A program made the position numbers and the translations under genes. Source: the human T2T-CHM13v2.0 reference genome, Homo sapiens. Taken from it: a stretch of 64,000 bases of DNA. Shown here piece after piece: positions 1 to 46,419 of this stretch. The stretch lies in assembly GCF_009914755.1 (NCBI RefSeq), contig NC_060938.1. One strand, given 5' to 3'. The notes beneath the pieces were generated by a model. That model did not search any database. It saw nothing but the letters and a program-made list of their open reading frames with translations, and was not told the origin of the DNA. Within the stretch, counting starts at the first letter, position 1. Every line of letters begins with the position of its first letter.

Positions 1-374
1 TTGGAAAAAGTATTTCTCTGTGAAAGCTCCCTAACATTGGAAGAGGCAACTGTTCTCCCAGATGTGCAAAAATCAGTTTAGGGCCATAAGAAACGTGAAA
101 AGCAAGGAAACATTATACCTCCAAAGAAACACCATAATTCCCCATTAACAGACCCTAAATTTAAAGAGTATATCAAATGGCTAAGAAGGAATTCAAAATA
201 ATGATCTTAAGGAAACTATGAGATACAGAGAATTCAGATAGACAAATCAATGAAATTAGAAAAACAATTTATGATCTTATGAGAAATTCAACAAGGATAT
301 ATATATCATTAAAAACCAGACAGAGATTGTGGAGCTGAAGAATTTAAGGAATAAAATAAAAATACAATCAAGAG

Positions 375-733
<359 letters not shown>

Positions 734-814
734 TCAAATAGATTCAACCCAAAAAAGGTCTTCTCTGAGGTGCATAGTAGTCAAACTGTCAAAAGTCAAA
801 AAGAGGGAATATTC

Positions 815-1113
815 ATCAGGTGCGGTGTCTCACACCTGTAATCCCAGCACTTTGGGAGGCTGAGGCGGGTGGATCACTTGAGGCCAGGAGTTCAAGGCGA
901 GCATGGCCAACATGAAGAAACCGCATTTCTACTAATAATACAAAAAAATTACCTGGGTGTGGTGGCGTGAACCTGTAGTTCCAGTTACTTGGGAGGCTGA
1001 ATCACGAGAATTGCTTAAACCCAGGAGGTGGAGGTTGCAGTGGGCCAAGATCATACCACTGCACTACTGCCTGGGTGACAGAGCGAGACTGTATCCAAAA
1101 AAAAAAAAAAAAA
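815..1113 (+). mobile_element. Alu
   Basis: Dimeric Alu with A-tail. Confidence 0.95.
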
Positions 1114-2414
1114 GGAAAAGTTAAAAACAGCAAGAAAAAAGCATCAAGTCACATATAAGGGAAACTCCATTTGATTAGCAGTAGATTTCCCAGTGGAAAC
1201 TTTACAGGTCAGTAGACAATAAGATGGGATGATATATTCAAAGTACTGAAGGAAAAAAAAAACAACTGTCAACCAAGAATACGATACCTAGTAGAGCTAT
1301 CCCCTAGAAATGAGGGAGAAATAAAGTATTTCCTAGACAAGCACAAACTGAAGGAATTCATTCCCACTAGACTGACCTTACAAGGACTGCTTTAGGTGGT
1401 TCTACATCTGGAAGCAAGAGGATGATTACCATTGTCAAAAAACACAAACGTGTAAAACTCACCTGTAGTGCAGATATACACATGAGAAAGAGAAAGGAAT
1501 CAAACTTTGTCACTACAGAAAGTGACCAAACCACAAAGATTAAAAAAAAAGGTGAAGAAAAGAACAAAGGATATACAAAACAACCAGAAAAAAATGAACA
1601 AAATGACAGGATAAAGCCTCATCTATTAATAGTAACCTTGAATGTAATGTAAACAGATCAAATTCCCAATTAAAAGATATAGAGTTGGCTGCCAAGATTT
1701 AAAAAAAAAAAAAAAAAAAGACCCAACTGTATGCTGCCTACAAGAAACTAACTTCACCTGTAAAGGATCATACAGACTGGAAGTGAAGGGATAGAAGAAA
1801 ATATTCCAGGCAAACAGAAAACAAAAGCGAGCAGAGGTAGCCATACTTATCTAATAAAAACAGACTTTAAGTCAAACTGTATGAAGAGACAAAGAAGGTC
1901 ATTTTATAATAATAAAGAGATCAACTTAGCAATAAGATATAATAATTGTAAATATATATGTACCCTACACTAGAGCACTCAGATAAACAAGGCAAATATT
2001 TTTAGGTCTAAAGGGAAAGATAGACTCCAATGCAGTAACAGTTGGGGCCTTTAGCACCCCACTCTTAACCACTGGACAGATCATCTAGACAGAAAATCAA
2101 CAAAGAAATATCAGATTTAAGCTTACAGATAGGAATAAGTTCTGGTGTTCTGTAGTGCTGTAGGGTGACTACAGTTAACAATAATTTATTGTATATTTCT
2201 AAATAGAGAGGATGTTGAGTGCCCCCAACACAAAGAATGATAAATATTTGAGGTGATAGATATGCTGATTATCCTGATTTGATCATTACACATTGTATAC
2301 AAGTATTGAGATATCCCTCTCTACCTTATAAATATGAACAAGTATTATGTGTCAATTAAAAATATTTTTAAAGAATGAAGGAAACAGATTTTTTAAATGA
2401 AAGGAAAGAAAATT

Positions 2415-2690
2415 ACCTGACTTGGCTGAATGGCCCCATGTGGTCTCTCATTCTCCAGTAGGCTACTTCAGGCCTGTTCACATGATGGCAGAGGCAAGAG
2501 TCCGAGGAGCGGCAACAAAACAATGCAAATCCTCTTCAGGCCCAGGCTCAAAATTATATATTAATTCTACCCCATTTTATTGGACAATGCAAATTACACT
2601 ACCAGTCTGGATTCAAGGAGTAGAAAATAAACTCCAACTCTTGATGGAAGGAATTATAAAGAATTGTGGCCGTTTTTGATAGTCTACCAT
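2415..2690 (-). mobile_element. MaLR (MLT1-like) LTR fragment
   Basis: Resembles MLT1 reverse strand (ccccatgtggtctctc...ttcacatgatggcag...ccagtctggattcaaggagt...tctaccata). Confidence 0.5.
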
Positions 2691-3137
2691 AGGGAAGAAA
2701 GATGGGGATGCCATAACCCAAAATGTGTTTTCTTAGGTTGAGATCCTAAATTATAGTCGGGGCATATTGCTTTAGGCTCTGTTGATGACTAAATTAATTT
2801 CAAACATATAATGCTGTTTACTGTGAAATGCCAGCTGAAAGGATCATTGTTTAATTTTATGTAATTTACAATACTTATTATACCTCAATAAAAATATAAC
2901 TATCGAGGGCTGGTATCAGTTGCCGAGAGGTGGAAGGAGTACCTCTCTGCAGTGTGTTAGCTCAGTTCTGAACAGGACAGGGCTGCAAGTTCAGCTACTT
3001 CCCAGAAAATGTCCTGGATACCTGGCCTGAGTCATCATCCCATGACTAGAGAACGTGGACGGATTATTTTATCAAGAAACTAGTGATAAACCAAGGGCTA
3101 TAGGAATTAAGAACTAGGGCTAAAAAAGAAATGTTTA

Positions 3138-4869
3138 GAGTGATGCAAGATGGCCAATTAGAAGCAGCTGCAGTCTGCAGTGCTCACAAAGAAGAATGAA
3201 AAGGGGCGAGGGAATTCAGCACCTTCAACTGAGATAACCAGGTTCTCACATTGGGACTGACTGGATGAACAGGTCGACCAATGGAGAATGAAGATAAGCA
3301 GGCAGAGGGTGCGATGGCCCAGCCGGGGGCGGCATGGAGCCAAAGGAACCCCCACTCCCAGCCAAGGGAAGCAGTGAGTGAGTGTGCAGTCCTGCCCGGG
3401 AAACCGTGTTTCTCTCATGGATCTTTGCAAGCCGTGGATCAAGAGATCCCCTTGTGAGCCCATGCCACCAGGGCTGTGGATATGATACACAGACCTGTAT
3501 GGAGTCTGGGCACATCAGCTGCTCAGGCACACACAGAAACCCAGGAGTTTTACACACTCTAGCCCCGGGGATCTTCAGCACAGTGGGAAATCTGTCCATA
3601 CGTATCTCTGGGAAGGGGGCTGAATCCAGGGAGCCAGGCAGCATCATTCTGCAGGCCCCATTTCCTTGGCACCTCACAAGTTAAGACCCACTGGCTTGGA
3701 ATCCTAGCCTGCCAACAGCAGCAGGTTGGAATCCACCTCAGATGGGTCTGAGTTCCCGGGGAGGTGGCGAGAGGCAGCCAGCATCACTGTGGTTCATAGA
3801 CTCAGCCACTCCAGCCTGCCAGCTATGGAGAATACAGACAGTCTGGACAAGGAAGAGTTCCCCACGACACAGCACAGCTGGCTTGCCAGATCATGACCAG
3901 ACTGCCTCTTTAAGCAGGACCCCAATCAATTCCTCCTCACTGGGCAGGAATCCCTGTAGGGGCTTTAACCACTCCAGCAGCGGTTCTATGGACATAGCTT
4001 TGATCTCTCCCTGAAATGGAGCTCCTGGTGGGAGGGGCAGCTGCCACCTCTGCAGTTTGGTCAACTCAGCCATTCCAACTGCTGGCTTTGGAGAATACAG
4101 GTGGTCTGGAGGAGGAAGGATCCCCCACAGTGCAGCACACCTGCTCTACCCCAAAGCAGCCAGACTGCTTTTTTGGATGGGTCCCTGATCCCATGCCTCC
4201 TGACTGGGTGAGAATGCGCAACAGGGGTCTCCAGCCACCTCTTGCAGGTATGTGCGGGCTGGATACAGGTCAGTATCCCCCTGGGATGGAGCTTCCAAAG
4301 GAAGGAGCTGGCTGCCATCTTTGCTGTTTCTCAGCCTTCACTGGTAATATCTCCTTCAGAGTCTATGAGGAACTTAAATTTACAAGAAAAACACAACCCC
4401 ATTAAAAAGTGGGCAGAGGATCTGAACAGACACTTCCCAAAAGAGACATGCATGCAGTCAACAAAAATATGAAAAAAAAAAACTCAACATCACTGATCAT
4501 TAAAGAAATGCAAACAAAACCACAATGAGATACCATCTCATGCCAGTCAGAATGGCTACTATTAAAAAGCCAAAAAATAACATGCTGGGAAGGTTGCAGA
4601 GACAAAGAAATGCTGTTGGTGGGTGTGTAAATTAGTTCAACCCATGTGGAAGACAGTGTGGCAATTCCTCAAAGACCTAGAGGCAGAAATACCATCAGAC
4701 CCAGCAATCCCATTATGGGGTATATACCCAAAGGAATATAAATCATTGTCTTATAAAAATACATGCATGCACACATATGTTCATTGCAGCAGTATTCACA
4801 AGAGCAAAGACATGGAATCAACCTAAATGCCAGTCGATGATAGATTAGATAAAGAAAATATGGTACATA
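3138..4869 (+). mobile_element. Older primate L1 (L1PA/L1PB-type): 5'UTR (3138-~4355) fused directly to the ORF2 3' end (~4356-4869)
   Basis: caagatggccaattagaagcagct 5' end; then aacagacacttc, atgagataccatctca, ccagcaatcccattatgggtatatacccaaaggaa ORF2-end motifs. Confidence 0.85.
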
Positions 4870-5137
4870 GAACGGGACATCTGGCTTCTGAGCGGGAACC
4901 TTTGTAGTGCCAGTGATGAAAGAGAGAATTAAATATGGGTGATGCTGAGAAAGGCAAGAAAATTTTTGTTCAGAAGTGTGCCCAGTGCCACACCGCGGAA
5001 AAGGGAAGCAAGCACAAGACTGAGCCTAGTCTCCATGGTCTCTTCAGGTGGAAGACAGGTCAGGCCATTGGATTATCTTAACATAGAGATTGATAAGAAC
5101 AAAGCCATCACCTGGGGGGAGGATACACCTGAAGTAT
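4870..5137 (+). pseudogene. Processed cytochrome c (CYCS) pseudogene, 3'-truncated
   Basis: CYCS-like 5'UTR ending gaattaaatATG (ATG 4935). Translates [48 protein letters not shown], with TAA at 5079-5081, then a frameshifted KNKAITWGEDT. No introns. Confidence 0.92.
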
Positions 5138-5470
5138 ATAAAACTATTTATCCTTGCCTCCCCCACTATGCAGATTCAGAGTGTTCATCTTTTTGACTTA
5201 TTATTTCCTCTTAACAGAGATAGCCAGTTTAATAAATGGATGACTTTGATACCTTCATTTTATTTTTCTCAATATTAAGCCAGTAAACATTGCTCTGAGG
5301 GTACCATACTAATCAGTTTTAAAATTTTGTGTCATTTTTGTTGTTGCACAGAGATATATACGTATGTGTGTGTATGTTTCAGAAAGATGTATTTACTGAA
5401 AGTTGGATTCATATAGTGGTATTGATTGTATTTTAAATTATAACTACTATTTGTTTTTCATTTTAAAGGT

Positions 5471-5471
5471 T

Positions 5472-5522
<51 letters not shown>
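5471..5522. repeat. (TA)n microsatellite
   Basis: Direct read. Confidence 0.95.
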
Positions 5523-5531
<9 letters not shown>

Positions 5532-6102
5532 TTTATAGGTACACATATATCTTCATTTAAAAAAATAAAGAGAACAAATGAGCCAAAAAAGTCTCCATAT
5601 TGTTACCAGTTATTTAAAATTTGATATGTTTATCTTTTTCTATCACACATACACACAATCATACTATATGCTTTTTGCATTTGTTTACATAGTGCTTAGA
5701 TAGACTGTAATATGCAGATCACTCTCTAAAGATGTATCTATTCAGAATTAAATAAGAACGAATATGAATTAGATTTAAACAAGATCCATATTAACTGTGA
5801 ATTAATGATTTAGAACAAATTACTTAAAGTTAGTTAACCAGCTAATTTACTTATCTGATAGCTTTAAACAGTGTGCATTTACAATAGAGACTCATCTGAG
5901 TAGCCAAACATACTTGTGGACTATTTGAAAAATCAGTGGATTAGAACTTGAAATTTGCATACCCTCTTATTCCCTGAATCTCCCCTAGAAGATGCTAGTG
6001 AGAGACAAATTAATAAAAGTAATAACCATTTTAGGTTCCCCCTAGGAAATAGCTTATGTTGGTGCCATGTAAATATGTAAGATATGTGTTTGTCTATTTT
6101 AG

Positions 6103-34199
<28,097 letters not shown>

Positions 34200-35091
34200 G
34201 TATAGCTCCCCCTTCCCCTTCTGGGAAAGAATTATGTTCTTTCCAACCCTGCCACATGTTCATATATCCTAAATCTATCCTAAATGTTCCTTGAAGTATT
34301 TATTTATGTTTATATATGTTTATATATGTTCTTCATAAATCTATTACATATATATAGATAAAATGTCAGTGTCTTTCTTCTTTTTTGAAGGTACATACTT
34401 CACAGTTTCCATCTTGTATTTACCTAAATTTGGAACACAGTATGCAGGAACATCAGGCATCATTTTGAAGAACTTTGAAATAGAACTTTCAAAGCAAAAA
34501 CTTGAGATATTCAAAAATTGTGATTCCCCAACACCCACTTACTTACATATTTTTGGTCAAGTATTTATTCCCTGCTTTGGTTCACATTTGTAATTTCAGA
34601 TTTATTAGAAAGCTAATTTATATATTTTTCTTCCCCTTCATTTACAAACTGTCTGTTAACAGATTGGCAACCAAGACTAAGTTTTAAATCCAGAAGAGAG
34701 AAATGTTTCACGCAAGCAGTCCCCCAACTCCCAACACACACTCTCTTTCATTCCGAGCACTAAATAGGTAGCTTACTTGACAAGCTTCCTTTAATTACAC
34801 ACAGACATGGCGGTTGGGGTAAGAAGATGGTGGTAAATATGAAGATAAGTAATCTTTAATAACTTCTGCTTTTGTATAAAATTGTAAGTGAAGTGAAAAG
34901 AAATATTCTTAGAGTAATCTAGGTGTATTATTTTGAAATTCACTATTCCTGCTCACAACCAACTTCACCTAAGCTTGGGGGACTCTGAAGGGAGGTTATC
35001 TTTGCGTTATAAACACTGGTTAGCCTTATGTCTACAGGAAATCATTATTATTTCCTCTTTGGTGCTGGGTGCTACTTTTTTTTAACAAATT

Positions 35092-35400
<309 letters not shown>

Positions 35401-36549
35401 ATGGGTGTTAATTCATTCAAAATACCTTTATTGCCACTGTATCTTCCGGCCATGATTGTCCTTGAAAACCTTCTATCTTGGCTTTATTGAAATTATTCTT
35501 ATTTGAATGATTTTCCTTTTATTGGCAAGTCCCTCAACAATCTAGACCAAGATTCGTTCATCAGGAAATGAAAGGTAACAACTAATAAGACAAGTGTCAC
35601 TGCTAAAACACGATAAACTCATTCCTGAAAAACCTAGCACTCTACAGAAAGGACTGAAAAAAGAAGCAGTTCATGAAAATACAGGGTTTGAGAGTCCAGG
35701 GCAAACCTGTCCGGCATAGCAACTTTCTAACCAACACACTAACCGCTGGGACCACCCACATCAGCAGCTCAATGTCGGGAGTTTGCCATAGAGCTTTTTA
35801 ATTTTTGAGTGGAAATAGAAAAACACTTGCTATAAGGTCTGTGGGTACCAAGTGGCACAGATGAGAGTAGAGCCCTGAGCCATGGTGGGCACGGAAGGCA
35901 GCAACCTGCCAGGAGCCAAGAGCCCCACTAGGTTGGTGAGCCGCCTCGCTGCAGGTGACTTCTTCTCCTCTAAATAGTCCAAAAAAGGTTCCAACTGCCC
36001 GTGCAGCAGCCCAACTAAAGGTCTTTTTCCTTTACTCCCCCTGATCTGGCTCCTTCTTTGAGGAAAAGATCGTAGAACATGCTTTCAAATTACTTTCATG
36101 TTAATATTATACCCTGCCATACATACGACAGAAACGTGTAGGCACAACATAGGTTATACTATTTCCTTTAAAATTCACACAGCGATAATCTACAGAGGGC
36201 AGATTATGTCCTGGGTTTAGGTGAATAGGGAGGAAAATACTTAGCTGGCTCAGTGAAGATTAAGATCTGTCTTTTTCAGTACTAGAAACACAGGAAGGAA
36301 GGAAACTCCCTTTTTTATTTTAAGGATTTCCCTTTTTGAAATAAGGAGATTACCATTAAGGTTTCTCTTCCCCAGACCTCCAAGACCCATCAAAATTTCT
36401 GGAAATTGTGAGTTGTCACACTATTCTGCTTTTGCTTATTCAAAGAAAACTCATTTAAGGCCTCTTTGGGTGTTGTTTTCTTAGAATGCAAAATGAATGA
36501 TTCTTTGAACAACTCAAGAAACTTAGATCAGAATGATACTCATGTCTTA

Positions 36550-40601
<4,052 letters not shown>

Positions 40602-41098
40602 TCAACCACTTAGAATAGTAACACACGTTAAGCAGATCCTGCACCTAGAATGGGTTAAGCAACCATTTGTAAGCATCTTCATGAGAAATGATCACTTCTG
40701 GGTTTTTCTGGTAATATTTGAAATAAACATGGAACCAAACTGTATTTCCCTCAGCACATAACTGTCCAAATTACATGTGCAAGTAGAGGTTTATGTAAAA
40801 GCCCTGACAGAACTGTACTCAGTCTTTTGAATTAGGTGCATAAGGCTACTGACCACTCTCTATTTTACCAAGGGAAAGAGCAGTGACTTCTCTATTTCAG
40901 TACAATTATGGGCAGAAATGACATGATGCAAAATAGAGGTTCTTCCATACAATTTAAGATGTAGGGTATAAGGGAAGACGAAAAAGCAAAATTCCCAAGA
41001 AATCAGAATAACTTCACACTGGTCTTGTACTACAAGAAACCCTGAGATGAACTGTAGTCCTCAAACACCTGTGCTTGGCTCAGGCCGTCCAAGACACT

Positions 41099-42022
<924 letters not shown>

Positions 42023-43924
42023 CTAGATAAAAAAAAAAATAGCAAATGGTATTTTATCTCAAGAACAGCTGATGTGACATTTCCAGAGGTCAACGTAGTA
42101 ATGGCTGCAGGCAGGTGCAAATAGAAATGCTAGTGCTATGGAAGAGTTCTTTGTGGAAACTGTCAAAGCTCTTGTTCCCAGGCTCTAAGAACACAAGGTT
42201 TTGTTTGGTAGCCCAGGTCTACGCCTGGGTCTTGCCAAGTACAAGAAGCTCTAGTGAGGGTTGTATTTCGTTTGGTCACTGAGGTGTCGAGGGCTGGCCC
42301 ACACGAACCAGCAGGCCTCCAGCTGAGTGGCAACCCCTTACGGTGGGGAGAAGACAGGCCAAACACAATCTACCTCTTTTTTTCTTTTTTCAACTTTCTC
42401 ATTCTTAAGCATTTTAATAGCCCCGATTCTTCCTTTACCATGTTTTTATTAAACATAGCAGTTAAGTCTGGGAGCTTGTCTAATCCCAGAATAGATTCAA
42501 AATGCTGAGGGAGATGGTAAGAACAGGTAAATGCATTTCCATTCACAGCAGTGGGGTGTGATGGTGTTTGCTCCCTGCAGGTATGGTTTCTGTGGATTCT
42601 CTGCTCTTTGTGCTCTCCTCCCCACATTGGTGGCTCCATCTGGCACAGGGAAGCTTCTGGATGCCAGAAGGTAACATGTTGGCAGGCAGTTGATAGCACC
42701 CCACCCTCCAGGCTTGATAATTTCCTTAGGACAGGGGCTGAAGCAGTACATCCCAAACTTTCTTACTGGAATAAGGTTTGTTAATTTTTCTAGATCTATT
42801 TTAGAAGAGAAGAAATTCAGAAATGACCTTCCCAGTTGGGGAATCACCTATAAATAATCTTGAAATAAGCTTAAAACCTGGTAATCTCAGTAGCTTTTTG
42901 AGAGTAGCGAAAACCGTAGTTCTTTGTAGCTTATCATGTTTTGTTGGTTGGTACGACTGCATGCGATGTTTGCCTCACATAAGTGAATGAGTTTTTCTTC
43001 CCTGATTCCCTGTCTTCTCTCCCCATTTTGTCCTTTACTAAGGAAACTGAACTGAACTGAAGTCCAGGTCTTCTATAATAGAGTGTCTCTCCTTCAACAG
43101 GGAACAACACTACAGTCGCCCGTGGCTTTGTTTCTGTTCAGTCTCCACCGTGGCATGCCACACTCTCCTGGTTTGGGCCCTGCTGATTTCTTTACTGCCT
43201 TCCTGCCTGCTGTTTTTGTGCTGGTAGGTCATCCCATTCATGCTCAGCCCTCCTCGCTGTCTACACTGTCTTCTTGGGCAATCGTATCCAGTCCCAAGCC
43301 TTTTAAAAAAACAAGCTATACCCATCCTGGTGGAATTCCTGCCTATAAAAGGGCACACCTTCAGACCTCCAGGCATGTCCAGCGAACACTGCTATGCACA
43401 CGGAACCAAATTCAGTTGTGTGGGACCTGCAGCTGCAATTGGGTTTCAAACTCCCATTGCTGATGATCAAGTTAAAATATGAATGTGCTGGATTAAATGC
43501 TTTATTCAGCTTATCTGCATCTAGGTTATCTAAATTACACACCCACTTAAAACATTCTGTCACCTCTTCTCTTGGAATAATTAATTATTTTAATGTAATT
43601 CAGATCTCATTTTATCCTAGCCCAGCAGCACCTGGGAGAGAATGACTCAATCATAGTAAAATCATATTAAATTATATTCCACTGATTCAGAATTGGAGAT
43701 AATCTGGCAATTAAAGTGAGAAGTGTGTCATTCCTCTCCTGGAAGAAATGAACAGTAATGATGGGATCACAGAGATCATACATATAAGGGCCCAATACAA
43801 GTTCAAAACATGCCCACCGGCAACTGCCTTACATACCTGGCTCCCAACCATACTGTTACAATTTCTATCTTTCAAACTCACTGTAAATTACAAATGTGGT
43901 ACCCAAATACCTGTATGCACATAA

Positions 43925-44269
<345 letters not shown>

Positions 44270-45297
44270 TGAGAGACTGAAAGACATAGAATGTCAAAAG
44301 GTGAGACTCTCTCATGTGGCTAAACACCCTCCTACTGCAGATACAGAACTGAGCCCAAGAGCATTCACATGCTGGTGAGAAGTGGTGGCCAGGGGCAGGC
44401 AGATGGTTGCACCACCCTCAGGGTCAGCATTCTCCCCAGTGTGGCATGGGGGGGAGGGGAGGGGGCACGGGGCCTGGGAGGCTGTAGCCTAAAGGCACGC
44501 AGTGGGCAAGAGACTACTGGGCGGGCCCCTGCCAGCCTTCAGTTCCCTGAGTGTCTGGTGCCAGGACGCTCCTTGTGGGCTCTGCCCTGGGAGAAGTGCC
44601 CTTGCCCAGTGCTCCTTCTCGGTGTCTGTGACACGCTGTCTCCAGTCCTCCTCATTAGCATAACTTGGCTGACCTTTGGCTCATGGAAAAACACTTTGCT
44701 CTTCTCTGAACAATTTCTTTTTCACAACTGAGCAAATGACTGATGAGGTGACCACACTCATGACCATACTCATCTGTTGATGGTGGGTGGGGGGTGGACT
44801 GGATGATGACAGCATTGGGCAACACTCCTTCTGGCCTCACCACTGCAGGGAGCCGCAATTACTATGAGAGTCCTGTGGGAGGCCAGGGTAGTCCAGGGTT
44901 TCCCTTTGGGCCATCAGCATTCCAACCGCTCCTCCTACTTCTGGCCTCTGGAGAACTAAATTACCACCATGCACTTCCCATTCCACCTCTGCCTCAGCCC
45001 GAGGGTCCTGCTCTTCCTGCATATTCAAGCTGATCTTTCTAGGGAGTAGCCTGCACTGTGCCAGCACTACCCCTTGTCACAGGCAGCACCTCCCTGTGCT
45101 GGGGGAGCCTCAGTCTGCCCTTGGGCTCAGGCCCCTAGGCTCAGGTTAGCTGACATTCCCAGGAAATCCTACAACTTCTCCTTTCCTTTCGTGGCTCTAA
45201 GACACAGTCCACTATCAGTCTCATTGTAAAAGACGTTTCTAAAGAGTGTCCTCCTTTCTTTCCCAACACTAGCAGGGACAGTAAGTGATGTTTCCTG

Positions 45298-45588
45298 GGC
45301 TGCAGCTTTTTGCCGCCGCCGCTTTTTGCCCACCCCGGGTTTTTGTCCCCCTCCCCTCGCCACCATGGGTTGTTCCCCGCCCCGGCTTTTTGCCCCACCC
45401 CGGCGCCGTGGCTTTTTGCCCCCCGCGGATATTTGCCCCCCTGCAGCCGCAGCTTTTTGTCTCCCCGCCTCCGCGGGTTTATGCCCGCCACGGCTTTTTG
45501 CCCCCCGCCGCCGCGGCTTTTTGCCGCCGTGGCTATTTGCCCCCGCCGCCGCGGATTTTTGCTGCTGCGCCTTTTTGCCCCCGCCGCC
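45298..45588. repeat. GC-rich ~22-bp tandem array (GCCGCCGCGGCTTTTTGCCCCC)n, 'CAAAAAG'-type pericentromeric repeat
   Basis: Direct read of degenerate units. Confidence 0.9.
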
Positions 45589-45805
45589 TTAACAACCTTA
45601 ATTTCACTTGAAATCTAATTTCCCACTGCCATGCAACCTAACATATTTGTATGTTAGGGAATTGTAACTCTGGGAATTAGGACATGAACATTTTTGGGAG
45701 GCTATTATGTTGTCTACAGCAGACATAATCTATTTACCTGCAGATTAAAGTGCTCTTTATTTTTCTGCCTCCCTCTCTTAATTGTTTTAAAATAATATGA
45801 ATTGT

Positions 45806-46352
45806 AGGAAAGAGAAAAGAAAGAAAAAAGAAGGAAGGAAAGAAGGAAGGAAGGAAAGAAAGAAGAAAGAAAAGAAGGAGGAAATGAGAGAAGGGAGGGA
45901 GGGAGGAAGGGAGAAAGGCAGGAAGGGAGAAAAAAGCAAGAACTCAAGAAAGAGAGAAAGAAAGTGAGAAAGAAGAAGGAAAGGAGGAAGAGAGAATGGT
46001 AAAAGGGAGGAAGGCAAAGACACGAAGAAAATAAAGAGGAGAAGGAAGGAAAAAGGAGGAAAGGAAGGGAGGGAGGAAGGAAGAAAAGGAGGGAGGAAGG
46101 GAGAAAAAAGGAAAGAAAGCAACAAAGTGAGAAAGAATAAGAGAAAAGAAGGAAGAAAAGGGAGAAAGGAAGGGAGGGGGGAGGGAAGGAAGAATAAGGG
46201 GAAAGAAAGAAGGAAAGAAGGAAGGAAGGAGAAAAGAAAGAAAAGAAAGGAAAAGAAAAAAAAGAAAGAGGAAAAGAAGAAAGGAAGGAAGAAGGCAAGG
46301 GAACGGAAGAGAAGAGAAAGGAAGATGGAAAGATAGAAAGAAGGGAGGAAGA
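45806..46352 (+). repeat. ~550-bp GA-rich polypurine low-complexity tract
   Basis: Direct read (GAAA/GGAA/GGGA mix). Confidence 0.95.
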
Positions 46353-46419
46353 TCGCAAATATTAGAAATTCTGGGTTTGTTAGAGAATATGCCATAGTGT
46401 TTTTTTTTTTTCACTTGAA

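Noticed and set aside
4939-5196. 85-aa ORF over the cytochrome c copy
   Set aside because: It is an out-of-frame reading of the pseudogene that only catches the post-frameshift KNKAITWGEDT.
45298-45588. Possible CRISPR-like repeat array
   Set aside because: Degenerate head-to-tail units without unique spacers, in primate DNA with no cas genes.
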